Under the pieces are notes generated by a model that saw only the letters and a program-made list of their open reading frames with translations, was not told where the DNA came from and made no database searches. Source: a virus. From it: DNA of 63,697 nt. This document shows, piece after piece, positions 47,704-56,756 of the stretch (positions are counted from its first letter, which is position 1; each line of letters begins with the position of its first letter). The translations under genes and the position numbers were made by a program. Where the stretch lies: the UHGV virus genome UHGV-1375174; one strand, 5' to 3'.

Positions 47704-48052
47704 GAGTTAAGGTCAACCTTCTAATTCAGAAATAATATAGTCTTAATGTTCAAAGCATTAGTTACCTATAGTACTTATGAATTAAGAGTTAGGTTTAGTC
47801 TTAGGATAATATACTTATTAAGGTATTTACGTAGTAGGTTATTTAAGATATTATACTTAAGTAAGGTTAAGTAACGGCTAAGATATACTTAGATATATTA
47901 TAATACTTAATTAAGTAAAGTCAAGGATACTTATTAAGATACTTAATATATTAACCTAAAGGTTTTATCTTTAGGTTTACCTGTTAAGTAACCTATAGTA
48001 CTATAGGTATAAGATCAAATACCTGCTTGTCAAGTACCTGTCTGCACATTTG
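47704..48052. repeat. AT-rich iteron region: at least 6 copies of ATACTTA(n)TTAAG-type repeats plus a duplicated ACCTATAGTAC. A candidate replication origin
   Basis: aatatacttattaagg, ttatacttaagtaagg, gatatacttagatat, taatacttaattaagtaa and ggatacttattaagatacttaatat. acctatagtac occurs at about 47764 and about 47989. No ORF is present. It lies between the helicase and primase genes. Confidence 0.5.
47990..48034 (-). promoter_or_regulatory. Candidate promoter (minus strand, cTTGACAa then TATACC at 16 bp) upstream of the iteron region and the helicase gene
   Basis: The reverse complement of 48027-48034 is cTTGACAa. Confidence 0.35.
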
Positions 48053-48340
48053 TTAGGCAGCCATAGCGTAGGTGAACGAGTTCATCCTGATGTTATCAAG
48101 ATAGCCAAGACTCGTAGTGTTGTACGAATGACTCCTGCCGTTAGTGCTGCCACACTTAGGGCACGGCATCGACTTGAGCTTGTCTGCAAAAAGCGTGCCA
48201 CACGAGTCACACATAGCCAGCTCCATGTCGTAGAAGTTCGACAGCTGGTTACGTTTACGAGACAGGCTGCGCTGTATGTCGTAACCAGAGGAGGAAGAAG
48301 ACTGTACAAAGGATACAGCCTTATCGTTGAAGCTAAGCAT
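48053..48340 (-). CDS. Zinc-ribbon protein (95 aa)
   Basis: CDSCGTLF...CPKCGS. Confidence 0.4.
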   Translation of the reverse strand: MLSFNDKAVSFVQSSSSSGYDIQRSLSRKRNQLSNFYDMELAMCDSCGTLFADKLKSMPCPKCGSTNGRSHSYNTTSLGYLDNIRMNSFTYAMAA

Positions 48341-48530
48341 GACACACCTCCTTAACCGCCTTGCACAAAGTACGCCAGATAGATCGGGCGTTGCTGATGA
48401 TGTTGATCACATTCCAGAACAACTTACGAATGATCTCGAAGATGCTCATGGTTTTCTTACCGATGGTCACACCGATGGACACGTCTTTCCACGTAGGCCC
48501 ATCGTAGGTTTTCTTTCCGAATCCGAACAT
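48333..48530 (-). CDS. Hypothetical small protein (65 aa)
   Basis: ORF coupled between the primase and the zinc-ribbon gene. It overlaps the primase 3' end. Confidence 0.3.
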   Translation of the reverse strand: MFGFGKKTYDGPTWKDVSIGVTIGKKTMSIFEIIRKLFWNVINIISNARSIWRTLCKAVKEVCHA

Positions 48531-49369
48531 GTCACACCTCCTATGAAGCGTTGGACTTCTTCGGGTTTATAACACTTAGGGTCTTGGTGTGCTAGTACAA
48601 CTGGACTTGCACTGTAACCAAGTGCACGCAATTGCTTTGCGTACTTACATGCCTCTTGTCTTTTGTCGGGATCAAGCCAGACCTTTATACAATCTATATC
48701 TGCGTCCGCCAGAACATCACGTAAAAGATCCATCTTCACGTAGCTTCCAAGTAGAGCAACAGCACTCACACCGGCCCTAGCTACTGCGAGGCATGAAAGA
48801 ATATCCTCGACGAGTACGACCTTCGATGTTTGGTTATTTACAAACAGAACGATATCTGACCTTTGTGATCTCACGTTCATGTACTTAGGTCTGGATGTGT
48901 CTGAAGAAAGGTTGCGGCCCTGCCAAAAGACCAGCTCTCCATCCCGGAACACAGGAAGGATTAACCTATCTAGTCTGGGGCTGTACCCAAAATGGTACCG
49001 GCGTATCTCATCCTCATTGACGCCGTAGGTACGTAACCACAGCAAACCTGACGCGGGAATGTCAGCGGTAAAGTCTGACGGGAGAGTGACTTTCTTCGTT
49101 ACGACACTGGCATTGTCTTTGTTGCCCACGGCTCTTCGATGCAATTCACTTAAGATCGCGCTAGATGATGGGCTTTTAACTGGGTACCAGTATTTAGTGT
49201 GGCACCTATGACACCACATACTGAACCCATTCCTCTTACGTGTCACAACAAAGCCATGACTGGTTACCTTATCTGGTTCACAGAAAGGACAGTAGGCTTG
49301 TCTTACTGGCACGTCCATAGGTGCATTGTAATCAAGGAACTTCTCAAGCTCCTCTCGCCTAACAGTCAT
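48467..49369 (-). CDS. DNA primase (N-terminal zinc ribbon plus TOPRIM domain, 300 aa)
   Basis: CPFCEPDKVTSHGF...CHRCHTKYW is a Zn-binding domain. KVVLVEDILSCLAVARAG...ALLGS is TOPRIM-like. Confidence 0.65.
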   Translation of the reverse strand: MTVRREELEKFLDYNAPMDVPVRQAYCPFCEPDKVTSHGFVVTRKRNGFSMWCHRCHTKYWYPVKSPSSSAILSELHRRAVGNKDNASVVTKKVTLPSDFTADIPASGLLWLRTYGVNEDEIRRYHFGYSPRLDRLILPVFRDGELVFWQGRNLSSDTSRPKYMNVRSQRSDIVLFVNNQTSKVVLVEDILSCLAVARAGVSAVALLGSYVKMDLLRDVLADADIDCIKVWLDPDKRQEACKYAKQLRALGYSASPVVLAHQDPKCYKPEEVQRFIGGVTCSDSERKPTMGLRGKTCPSV

Positions 49370-49589
49370 ACTCTTGCATCTCTGTTATGGTTACAAGCTG
49401 ATACATCCATGCCACTGTCGAAGACAGTTTGTCTTCTCTCTAAGCATGAGTTCATGTCTTGCCTTTACGTCAGAGACACACAGTATGTCTGGACTGTTGT
49501 TGATGTTCTGTTTGCATTACATTTCTACGTCCCTCGGTTATGGTTCATATACCGTTTAAACGCACGAGGATTGATTCTAAGACACGTTT

Positions 49590-49617
49590 ATTTAAAAGAT
49601 GACTCGTAGGTCATCCT
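49590..49617 (-). terminator. Intrinsic terminator (GATGAC-loop-GTCATC plus TTTT on the minus strand) downstream of 49645-49989
   Basis: A 6-bp stem (49598-49603 with 49610-49615). aaaa at 49594-49597 is the T-run on the minus strand. Confidence 0.45.
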
Positions 49618-49644
49618 CATAGTAAACGAGGCTTAAAACCTCTC

Positions 49645-49989
49645 CTAGAGAGCAAGCCGCTCAACGTCGCTTAAACGTCTTCTCTTCCCTCGCATCCAGT
49701 TCTTAGGGATGTCAATGTCAAGCAGCTTGTGTTCTTTGTCAGTCCTCTTAAGGAATCTGTTAAAGAAACTGTGACAACATCCAGACACAAGAGAGACAGC
49801 TTTGTGAACCCTTGACATCTTTTCAGGAATGATTACGTAATCATTCTTTTCCAGTTTGTCAAGTAGTTCATTGGCAGCTTCTATGTTGGTGACGAAGTCC
49901 ATGATCTTCTTCCAACCGATCTGCCATAGGGCTTTAATACCTTTGAACAACCAGCCAAAGAACTGCTTGATACGATTACGCATAAGCAC
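49645..49989 (-). CDS. Hypothetical protein (114 aa)
   Basis: ORF. Confidence 0.4.
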   Translation of the reverse strand: MLMRNRIKQFFGWLFKGIKALWQIGWKKIMDFVTNIEAANELLDKLEKNDYVIIPEKMSRVHKAVSLVSGCCHSFFNRFLKRTDKEHKLLDIDIPKNWMRGKRRRLSDVERLAL

Positions 49990-50023
49990 CTCGTGTTAAG
50001 GTTTACAAGTAGCGTTAGCTACG

Positions 50024-50308
50024 CTAACTTTTACGAACAACGGTCGGACGAAGAGCACCCAACCACCTATGCCACACACCTTTCAGTCGAAGGGTGTAGT
50101 CGTGAAGGGAACGGATGAAGGCTTCCGCTTCCGTGCTACGCTTGAAGCAGAGGTCAAGCGCAGAACGAAAATCGTCTGCGGTATATTCACCGGGGAAGTC
50201 GATCATGTTTTCAATACGCTTCTGTTCTTCTTCCGTGTACAAGGGAAGTTTGAGTTCACATCCGGGAACAGAAGGATTGCAAATCTCAGGACGACGTGGT
50301 ACGATCAT
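50024..50308 (-). CDS. Hypothetical protein (94 aa)
   Basis: ORF. Confidence 0.4.
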   Translation of the reverse strand: MIVPRRPEICNPSVPGCELKLPLYTEEEQKRIENMIDFPGEYTADDFRSALDLCFKRSTEAEAFIRSLHDYTLRLKGVWHRWLGALRPTVVRKS

Positions 50309-50320
50309 GTTGTAATCCTC

Positions 50321-51871
50321 CTAGTCCAAGTCCCACGGAGGGAGGTTGTCATTGAGAAGTGTATCCAAGGCTTCTTGTTTGCAAGAGGGGCAAACATATA
50401 CGTTTACCTTTCTCGTCTTGCCTATGGTTTCACAAGAGCAGGAGATGTGAGGCTCATGGCAGACAGCGCACTGGTGAAGCTTACTGCTCTTCAACAGCTC
50501 TTCACTTGACAGAAGGTGTTCACCCTTAAGATCTGTCACCAGTACCATTTGCTTGCCATTCACAGTCTTCACAAAGAACTTCTTGTCTCCTCGTACCCAG
50601 AACTTACCGTTGTATCCATCGGTAGAAGGGTACTCAAAGCAAGACGTGCATACAAATCCTATGTCCTTCCTCGACCAGATGACATGGTGATTGTCACCAC
50701 ATCCGGGACACACAGGAAGAGAACTCTTGGCCTTGAGCTTTGCCTTGTTCAAATTCCTGTTAGCCTCTCGGCTCTTGGCCCGTGACTCCTCAAGCATGTC
50801 GTAGTACGCCATAGCGTTGGGGACTGTCACTGTGTCAAAGTGTTTCATGATTTGTTTCTTGCACGTTTCACAGATGAAGAAACTGTTCTTGGTATCATAT
50901 TCCATCGGTCTGTCGTCTCGCGCACACACGAAGCATTTCGGTGCCGCAGAGTATGCGTACACCGCTTCAGGAGGCATGTGAACAGGGGAATGGATATGAG
51001 TTCCTTGAACATATTCAGGGCCATCGTCAGATGCAAGCTCTTCACTGCCTACTATTTCAAGAGCAGCAGTTCCCTGACCAGCATTATCAGCAGGCTTGGG
51101 GATAGGGTAAGCGATAGACGAGTACCCGTGTCCGCTTCGGTATGTGAAGCGTTCCTTTACACGGAAGGGTTCGTCAATCATTTGCATCAAACGATCAGCA
51201 CGAAGGATGGAAGACACATAGCTTTCAGCCAAGACAAACTCATCGGCTGTGTGTTGCCGACCATAACCGCATGACAGATTGACATGAGCGATGTCATGCT
51301 TCATCCAAAGATCATAGCAGTCAGAGTAAGAACCATTGGCCTCATAGTAACCGAGCTTGGCAAGGAAGTACGTCAGCTTGCTCGGTAACGTGGGGCTATA
51401 GTATACATACTCATTGTGTCCCCTTCGGTCAAGGGCAATGACACAATAAATATGGTCGACGAACTTGTCGAGGTAGCCAGTCTTGAGGAAAGCCTTCATG
51501 CCTTTGCCACCCGTTTCTTCATAGTTTGTGAAGAGAACGAATGGTTTACTGGTATGGCGTTCAATGATGTCCAGAATACCAGCAACACCACAGCGGTCAT
51601 CACCGCCGAGGATACCGTTGGCATTCGTAATGACTCCGTACTCGGTGCACAAGATGAGAGGTTCATCCACCGAGGCGTGTCGTCTTGTATCCACATGCGC
51701 CTGCAAAAGCACAGGACATATGGTATCAGTTGTAGGAATACCGAAGACGAAGTTCTCGTCGTCAGTGTATACTTCGTACCCAGAGTCGGAACTCGTCAGA
51801 GTACCAATGATGTTCTGTATTACCTCCGCATCCGTCATGCGAAGGATTGTCTTGAGTCTCTCAATGCTCAT
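50321..51871 (-). CDS. M28/M42/M20-like zinc peptidase fold fused to three C-terminal CxxC zinc ribbons (516 aa)
   Basis: The candidate metal ligands are QAHVDT, GGDDRCGVAG, NYEETGGKG, and a later D/H. The C-terminus has CFVC...CETC, CPGC...CTSC and CAVC...CPSC. Confidence 0.45.
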   Translation of the reverse strand: MSIERLKTILRMTDAEVIQNIIGTLTSSDSGYEVYTDDENFVFGIPTTDTICPVLLQAHVDTRRHASVDEPLILCTEYGVITNANGILGGDDRCGVAGILDIIERHTSKPFVLFTNYEETGGKGMKAFLKTGYLDKFVDHIYCVIALDRRGHNEYVYYSPTLPSKLTYFLAKLGYYEANGSYSDCYDLWMKHDIAHVNLSCGYGRQHTADEFVLAESYVSSILRADRLMQMIDEPFRVKERFTYRSGHGYSSIAYPIPKPADNAGQGTAALEIVGSEELASDDGPEYVQGTHIHSPVHMPPEAVYAYSAAPKCFVCARDDRPMEYDTKNSFFICETCKKQIMKHFDTVTVPNAMAYYDMLEESRAKSREANRNLNKAKLKAKSSLPVCPGCGDNHHVIWSRKDIGFVCTSCFEYPSTDGYNGKFWVRGDKKFFVKTVNGKQMVLVTDLKGEHLLSSEELLKSSKLHQCAVCHEPHISCSCETIGKTRKVNVYVCPSCKQEALDTLLNDNLPPWDLD

Positions 51872-53444
51872 TAGCGTTTCCTTCGCTGACGTTCCAGCTA
51901 ATCTTAAGATCAGGATTGCTGGTTATAAAGTTCTGCAAGATACTGGCCTTGATGTGAACCTGTTCTTCACTGATTGTTGACGAAGGCAGAGAAGACAACT
52001 GCTGATAACAGTTGTTGCACAAAGCATGGCCACGATAAGGATACATTAAGCCGTGAGAACCACAGCATTCGCAGGTAGTCTTGTGCAAGATACTGATGCA
52101 GTGTTCACATACAGGGATGTCTTCAATCCACTGTAGCTTCTTGTCAGACTTGGTGCCGCAGATAGCGCACATGTTATTCCATGCACACTTGGGACATGCT
52201 TTGCCTTCCCGCATCATCGAACCACAGACAGGACAGAATGTGACCTTCTCCACACAGTTATCACATATGGGGTACAGCTTGTTGCTGTCCGTTTTAAGCA
52301 TCTGCTTGCCACACCTTTTGCAGTTAGTCAGCTTTGTTTCTTCGCAGTCACTGCAAATGATTGTTGATTTGGTATGATACTTACCGCACAACAAACAAGG
52401 TGCTTCTACGCACCCTCGCACATCAATGTTCCTGATCTTGTCAGACGTTGAAGAGAAGAAGAACATACGAACAGGGTCAATGTACCAGCCTTCTGGTCTG
52501 TAGTCGAGTGAAAGATAGACATCTTCACTGTTTCCATTTGTGTATGACCAGTCTGCTTTGTCATCGAGCAGAGCACACAACCAACCACACACCTTCTTAA
52601 TGATGGCGTCGTCGATAAAACCATAAGACTTCATGACGATGAACTTGTTGAAGTCTTTGTCAAAGACAACCCAAGCTCTGCCGGTGATGTTCTTTCCTTG
52701 GCGGTTGTAGATTACACCAGTCAAGGGGCAGAGAGCGATGTCAAGCGGCCCCTTACTGTTGAACCTTCCAACCGTAAAGCAAGATGAGAAGCTGCTACTA
52801 CTACCAGCCGACAGCATCGTGAACATATCCATGCTGAAACCATACGTCGCTTTCTTGATCGACGCAATCTCAGAGTAGATGTTCTGAATGATGGCGGAGT
52901 AGTATTCGTAGTCCTGCGTGATCACAACTGCCTCAGCACAGTCAGAGTTACTGACAAAGGATCTGGCATCAGGTACCTTCGGCAGTTCTTTGTTCAGCTT
53001 AGAGCGGAAGGAACTGGAATATAATCCGCTAAGGAGAATCTTCGCGGTCACATTGCTGTTGGTCTTGGCGTAAGACAAGATACGTTTGGACAGCTTCATT
53101 TGGTTAGACGTTCTGTTCGTGATGAACTCATCAAACGTAGGCTGCTTATCTTTAGGCATGACCATGCAGACAAGCTGATAAGAGAACGCAAAGCGTTCAT
53201 TCAAATCAACCGTTACTTCTTCCTCGACAGTCAGCGTGTCAGGAAGCCCGAGCTTAGCAGCCAGATTAGCCTTGTTCTGCTTGCTCAGTTTGTAGATGTT
53301 CTCGATGTAGGTACCAGCTCCATCAGCAGGAAAGCCTACATAATAAGACAGAAGAGATGGCCATTGCTTACTCAGATCAATGGACATACAAACCTCCAAA
53401 GAGGCCAGCCCATGTGCACTATGTTCGTTAGGACTTTGTCTCAC
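51861..53444 (-). CDS. Large protein (527 aa) with a C-terminal array of at least six CxxC zinc-ribbon units
   Basis: CLLCGK...CSDC, CKRCGK...CDNC, CPVCGS...CPKC, CAICG...CEHC, CECCG...CNNC. The N-terminal 300 aa are unassigned. Confidence 0.45.
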   Translation of the reverse strand: MRQSPNEHSAHGLASLEVCMSIDLSKQWPSLLSYYVGFPADGAGTYIENIYKLSKQNKANLAAKLGLPDTLTVEEEVTVDLNERFAFSYQLVCMVMPKDKQPTFDEFITNRTSNQMKLSKRILSYAKTNSNVTAKILLSGLYSSSFRSKLNKELPKVPDARSFVSNSDCAEAVVITQDYEYYSAIIQNIYSEIASIKKATYGFSMDMFTMLSAGSSSSFSSCFTVGRFNSKGPLDIALCPLTGVIYNRQGKNITGRAWVVFDKDFNKFIVMKSYGFIDDAIIKKVCGWLCALLDDKADWSYTNGNSEDVYLSLDYRPEGWYIDPVRMFFFSSTSDKIRNIDVRGCVEAPCLLCGKYHTKSTIICSDCEETKLTNCKRCGKQMLKTDSNKLYPICDNCVEKVTFCPVCGSMMREGKACPKCAWNNMCAICGTKSDKKLQWIEDIPVCEHCISILHKTTCECCGSHGLMYPYRGHALCNNCYQQLSSLPSSTISEEQVHIKASILQNFITSNPDLKISWNVSEGNANEH

Positions 53445-53497
53445 ACAGAGACAGCTACCATCATAGAAGAGTACACATGGGCCAGCAGGTTTAAAGA

Positions 53498-54019
53498 TTA
53501 GAACAGGCGGTACATCAAGGCAGACTGTTCTTCACGAATCTTGGCAGCGTGAAGGTTCATGCCTACGCCCTTGAGCAGAGGTTCGATCTTGCTGATGTTG
53601 TCAGCAACAGGAACCAGCTGGAAACCAAAGTGCTGTTCGATAACATCCATCGGTACTTCGTCATGTCCCCAGACCAGCTTGCGCTCAGGTCGAGACACAC
53701 GAGTCTTCCCTTCGTTCGTCAGGTTGACGAGGTTGAAGAGATTCTTCGGGGCACCGATGTTGTTACCGGCGGCGTCCTTGGCGAACACACCAGTCGCTTC
53801 ACGCACCAGCATGTACAAGTCACCGACCTTCTCGCCGCTGACAGCACGGAGCAGAGCTCCACGCTTGACAGAAGGACGAACAGGGGCGGGCATGACGATG
53901 GAGGAAGACATGGAGCAGAAGCAGGAAGTGCAGTTACACATATGAGAAACCTCGTGAGTTGAAACGTGATGAGTACCAAAGGTCATGGTCACAAGTATAC
54001 GCTTAGACTTGGTAAACAT
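53498..54019 (-). CDS. Hypothetical protein (173 aa; the start may be the internal MPAPVRP), in the GC-rich segment
   Basis: ORF with higher GC than the genome bulk. Confidence 0.4.
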   Translation of the reverse strand: MFTKSKRILVTMTFGTHHVSTHEVSHMCNCTSCFCSMSSSIVMPAPVRPSVKRGALLRAVSGEKVGDLYMLVREATGVFAKDAAGNNIGAPKNLFNLVNLTNEGKTRVSRPERKLVWGHDEVPMDVIEQHFGFQLVPVADNISKIEPLLKGVGMNLHAAKIREEQSALMYRLF

Positions 54020-54075
54020 GACTGTACTGCGTCGGCAACGCTAGGTGAATAGCACATTGACCTAATCCCTAGATG

Positions 54076-54189
54076 CATAGCAGGACTCACACAACCCACA
54101 CAAGACAACCTTATGTGGAGGTGCTGTCTCTACACAAGACCCCGTTACGCTACACTAGTCGCACCTAGTACGTATGAGTCCTGCTATGT
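54076..54189. repeat. Inverted repeat: CATAGCAGGACTCA (54076-54089) and its reverse complement TGAGTCCTGCTATG (54176-54189), separated by 86 nt
   Basis: Perfect 14-bp arms in a 180-nt noncoding gap. Confidence 0.5.
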
Positions 54190-54197
54190 GCTAGAGG

Positions 54198-54311
54198 TTA
54201 GTTCTTTTTGTCAAGGGCCTTAACTGCATCGTTGGCATAACCAACAGTGGTAATGGCGCACAGGCCGGTCATCAAGGTATAGAACAGAAACCCAGCGATA
54301 CGGGTAATCAT
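54198..54311 (-). CDS. Micro-ORF encoding a 37-aa hydrophobic peptide (MITRIAGFLFYTLMTGLCAITTVGYANDAVKALDKKN)
   Basis: Read manually, because it is below the 60-aa cutoff. Its stop forms an ATGA overlap with the start of 54308-54871. It has a single TM-like segment. Confidence 0.35.
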   Translation of the reverse strand: MITRIAGFLFYTLMTGLCAITTVGYANDAVKALDKKN

Positions 54312-54871
54312 TTCTTACCGCCCTTGTTATTCTGCTGCTGAGGCTTGGGCTGCTTGGTTTCCACCTTGAGGGCAGCATCACTGGGAACCACATCAGCAAC
54401 GGTGGGAGCAGGGGCCGGAGTGGGAGGAGTCATCTCCACCACACCAGCGTCGACAGTCACGGGAGCAGGGGCAGGCTGGCCGATCTGCATACCGAGACGT
54501 TTGGCCACGGACTGGATGGCACGCTTCGCTTCATCAGGATTGTTTCCCGCAACAGTGTGCAGTTCCTGCATGATGTTGCCGGAGCCACCAGTGGTGGGGC
54601 CGGTGGGAGTCACGTTGAAGACGGGGCGAACATTGCGACCAGTCCACTTGCCCACAATCCAGTCGAACCCTTTCTGCACACCGGCGCAAGCCAACGCAGC
54701 GATGGCACCGCCAATACCAGTGACGATGGCACCCTGAACCTGCTGGCCAAGGGTACCGGACTGCGAAGGATTGACCGAGGTGGCAATGGTGATGCCTTCT
54801 TTCGGGCCGTTCTGGTTGCCACCCTTCTGCTTCTGCTGGTTCTGGTTGTTGTTGTTCTGATCACCGCTCAT
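54308..54871 (-). CDS. Gln/Asn/Gly/Pro-rich low-complexity protein (187 aa)
   Basis: N-terminal NNNQNQQKQKGGNQNG. A Pro/Ala/Thr-rich segment. A C-terminal QQQNNKGGKK. GC-rich coding. Confidence 0.4.
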   Translation of the reverse strand: MSGDQNNNNQNQQKQKGGNQNGPKEGITIATSVNPSQSGTLGQQVQGAIVTGIGGAIAALACAGVQKGFDWIVGKWTGRNVRPVFNVTPTGPTTGGSGNIMQELHTVAGNNPDEAKRAIQSVAKRLGMQIGQPAPAPVTVDAGVVEMTPPTPAPAPTVADVVPSDAALKVETKQPKPQQQNNKGGKK

Positions 54872-55272
54872 GAGGTGAACTCCTTTTCAGGTTTGCGCTG
54901 GAGATGATAGAAGCTAGGACATCCGGGTAAGTCTCCAGTTATCTGATACCCTAGGTGTTGATAGAATCTGACAGCAGCTGTGTTCGACTTGAGTGTACTC
55001 AAACTGAACCAGTGTTCAGGGTACTGCTGGTGCAAGGTGCGAAGTATCTGTCCTCCAATACCTACACCACGGTAGCGCACCCCAATCCAGTAGACGTAGA
55101 CATATCTGACACGATCGCCAGACTTGAACTCGTCAAAGATAGCAGCACCAACTGGGTAGCCGTCGTCATCATACAGAGTGTAGGAGAGGTTGTCACGGTT
55201 TGACATGACATCCTCGATCCTATCATCGAAGACTTCACATAGGATGTCCAATGCATCCTGATCAACACTCAT
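54868..55272 (-). CDS. GNAT-family N-acetyltransferase (134 aa)
   Basis: RYRGVGIGGQILRTL (motif A, R/Q-x-x-G-x-G/A) and AAVRFYQHLGYQ. Confidence 0.6.
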   Translation of the reverse strand: MSVDQDALDILCEVFDDRIEDVMSNRDNLSYTLYDDDGYPVGAAIFDEFKSGDRVRYVYVYWIGVRYRGVGIGGQILRTLHQQYPEHWFSLSTLKSNTAAVRFYQHLGYQITGDLPGCPSFYHLQRKPEKEFTS

Positions 55273-55307
55273 GACAACCTCTCCAAGTTAAGGTTTAAAG
55301 AAGGAGA

Positions 55308-55496
55308 CTAGTCCTTCTTGTTTTCCACCGGCTTGGTGTCGATGGTCTGGTCGGAGGCCGGAGCGGGGAACAGAGCCTGCTTCCCTTCCTTGTAGGCGAA
55401 GGAACCAGCGACCGTGGCAATGACCGCATACACAAGGGGTTTCAGGAAACGAAACATAAGTTTCTCCTTTGTTAAAGTGTGACAGGAAAGAGGCAA
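55308..55496 (-). CDS. Small membrane protein (62 aa)
   Basis: FLKPLVYAVIATVAGSFAY is a TM-like segment. An alternative longer ORF 55288-55524 lies in another frame. Confidence 0.3.
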   Translation of the reverse strand: MPLSCHTLTKEKLMFRFLKPLVYAVIATVAGSFAYKEGKQALFPAPASDQTIDTKPVENKKD

Positions 55497-55536
55497 GGAA
55501 CATCCCTGACTCTACACCTATCACACTTCAACCCTG

Positions 55537-55821
55537 CTACCCATTGAAGTCGTATGCTTTTCGTTGCAGGTTCTTGTCAAAGTTGGTGTAGTCCACATGA
55601 TAGCATGTCCCTTGCTGATAACACATCAGCAGTTTGCCACAATTGCTCCTCAAGAGACGAGTGCCAGACTTAGGGCAGGTGATAAAGTTACCTGCGTTCT
55701 TCAGCTTCCACTCTTCCACCTCTTCTTCGGTGAGTTGAGGTGACTTCTTCGGAAGGAATCGAGGAGGAGCATAGGGATCTTTCTGTGACCAGTAATTCAT
55801 CTTGTCTTGATATGTAGGCAT
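55537..55821 (-). CDS. Hypothetical Cys-containing protein (94 aa)
   Basis: ORF. Confidence 0.4.
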   Translation of the reverse strand: MPTYQDKMNYWSQKDPYAPPRFLPKKSPQLTEEEVEEWKLKNAGNFITCPKSGTRLLRSNCGKLLMCYQQGTCYHVDYTNFDKNLQRKAYDFNG

Positions 55822-55903
55822 AACCTTTCTCCTTATACGTAAACGGACTGAGGTTAGCAGAGAGCAGCCAACCTCAGTCCGAGTAGATGTTAAAGATATG
55901 AAG

Positions 55904-56311
55904 CTAGAACGCTGACGTAAACAGGGCCTTGAGCCTCTTAAGTCCAGTCAGAGGTTGTACCTTGTTTGCGTGCAAGGCATCCAGCAGCATTTCTTTTACG
56001 GGGGTTCTTCGCAGTGACCGAACAACGAGGTGTAAGACATACCATCTACTCCTAGTTGTAGCCATAGCTTCGATGAGATCAGCCATCACCAAGCTGGTTT
56101 CACATGTGAACGCAACAGTTCTCATGATGATACCCATCGAGTACAGCTTGTTAAGTTCCTCCGTCAACACGTGTCTGCAATACTTGTACTCTCTATACCG
56201 TGCCAGAGTAAAAGCACACAGTCCCACGCCAACCACCAGTGCACCACCATGCAGATAGACTTGTCGCACTGCAGGGCTGGACACCATGAGTTCTCCTAGT
56301 ATATCAAACAT
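55904..56311 (-). CDS. Membrane protein (135 aa)
   Basis: VYLHGGALVVGVGLCAFTL is a TM segment. Confidence 0.4.
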   Translation of the reverse strand: MFDILGELMVSSPAVRQVYLHGGALVVGVGLCAFTLARYREYKYCRHVLTEELNKLYSMGIIMRTVAFTCETSLVMADLIEAMATTRSRWYVLHLVVRSLRRTPVKEMLLDALHANKVQPLTGLKRLKALFTSAF

Positions 56312-56756
56312 GACTGGCTCCTTGTAGTCAGTAAGTTGATCTTATGAAGGACATGATGCACATTGCTAGATTATCTTACCTGCCATATTCAGTAACAACT
56401 TCGCGGCATGGCTAGCCGGTACTCATGTTACTTGCGTCATCCACTAGCTCTGTGTTCGACCCAAAACACAAGTTGTGTATCCGTAGTTTGCTTTGATGTG
56501 CCGACATTGAGCACAGTATCAGCAGCCATCGAGGATTCTACACCTCACTCTGATACACAAGTTTGCAAAGCGTTTACCTAACCAACAATTCATTAGCCAC
56601 CCTAAGTCTACACGTTCGGTGGAGCGTACCTTGTGCGGAGGCTGCAACCTACCAGTTGCGCTTGCTCTCATGTACACGACAGTGTCTGCCTTACTCCTTT
56701 CACTTGCAACCTAGTTCCAAACAAGGCCGAGTTACCCCGGCCCTGCTTGTTATGGG

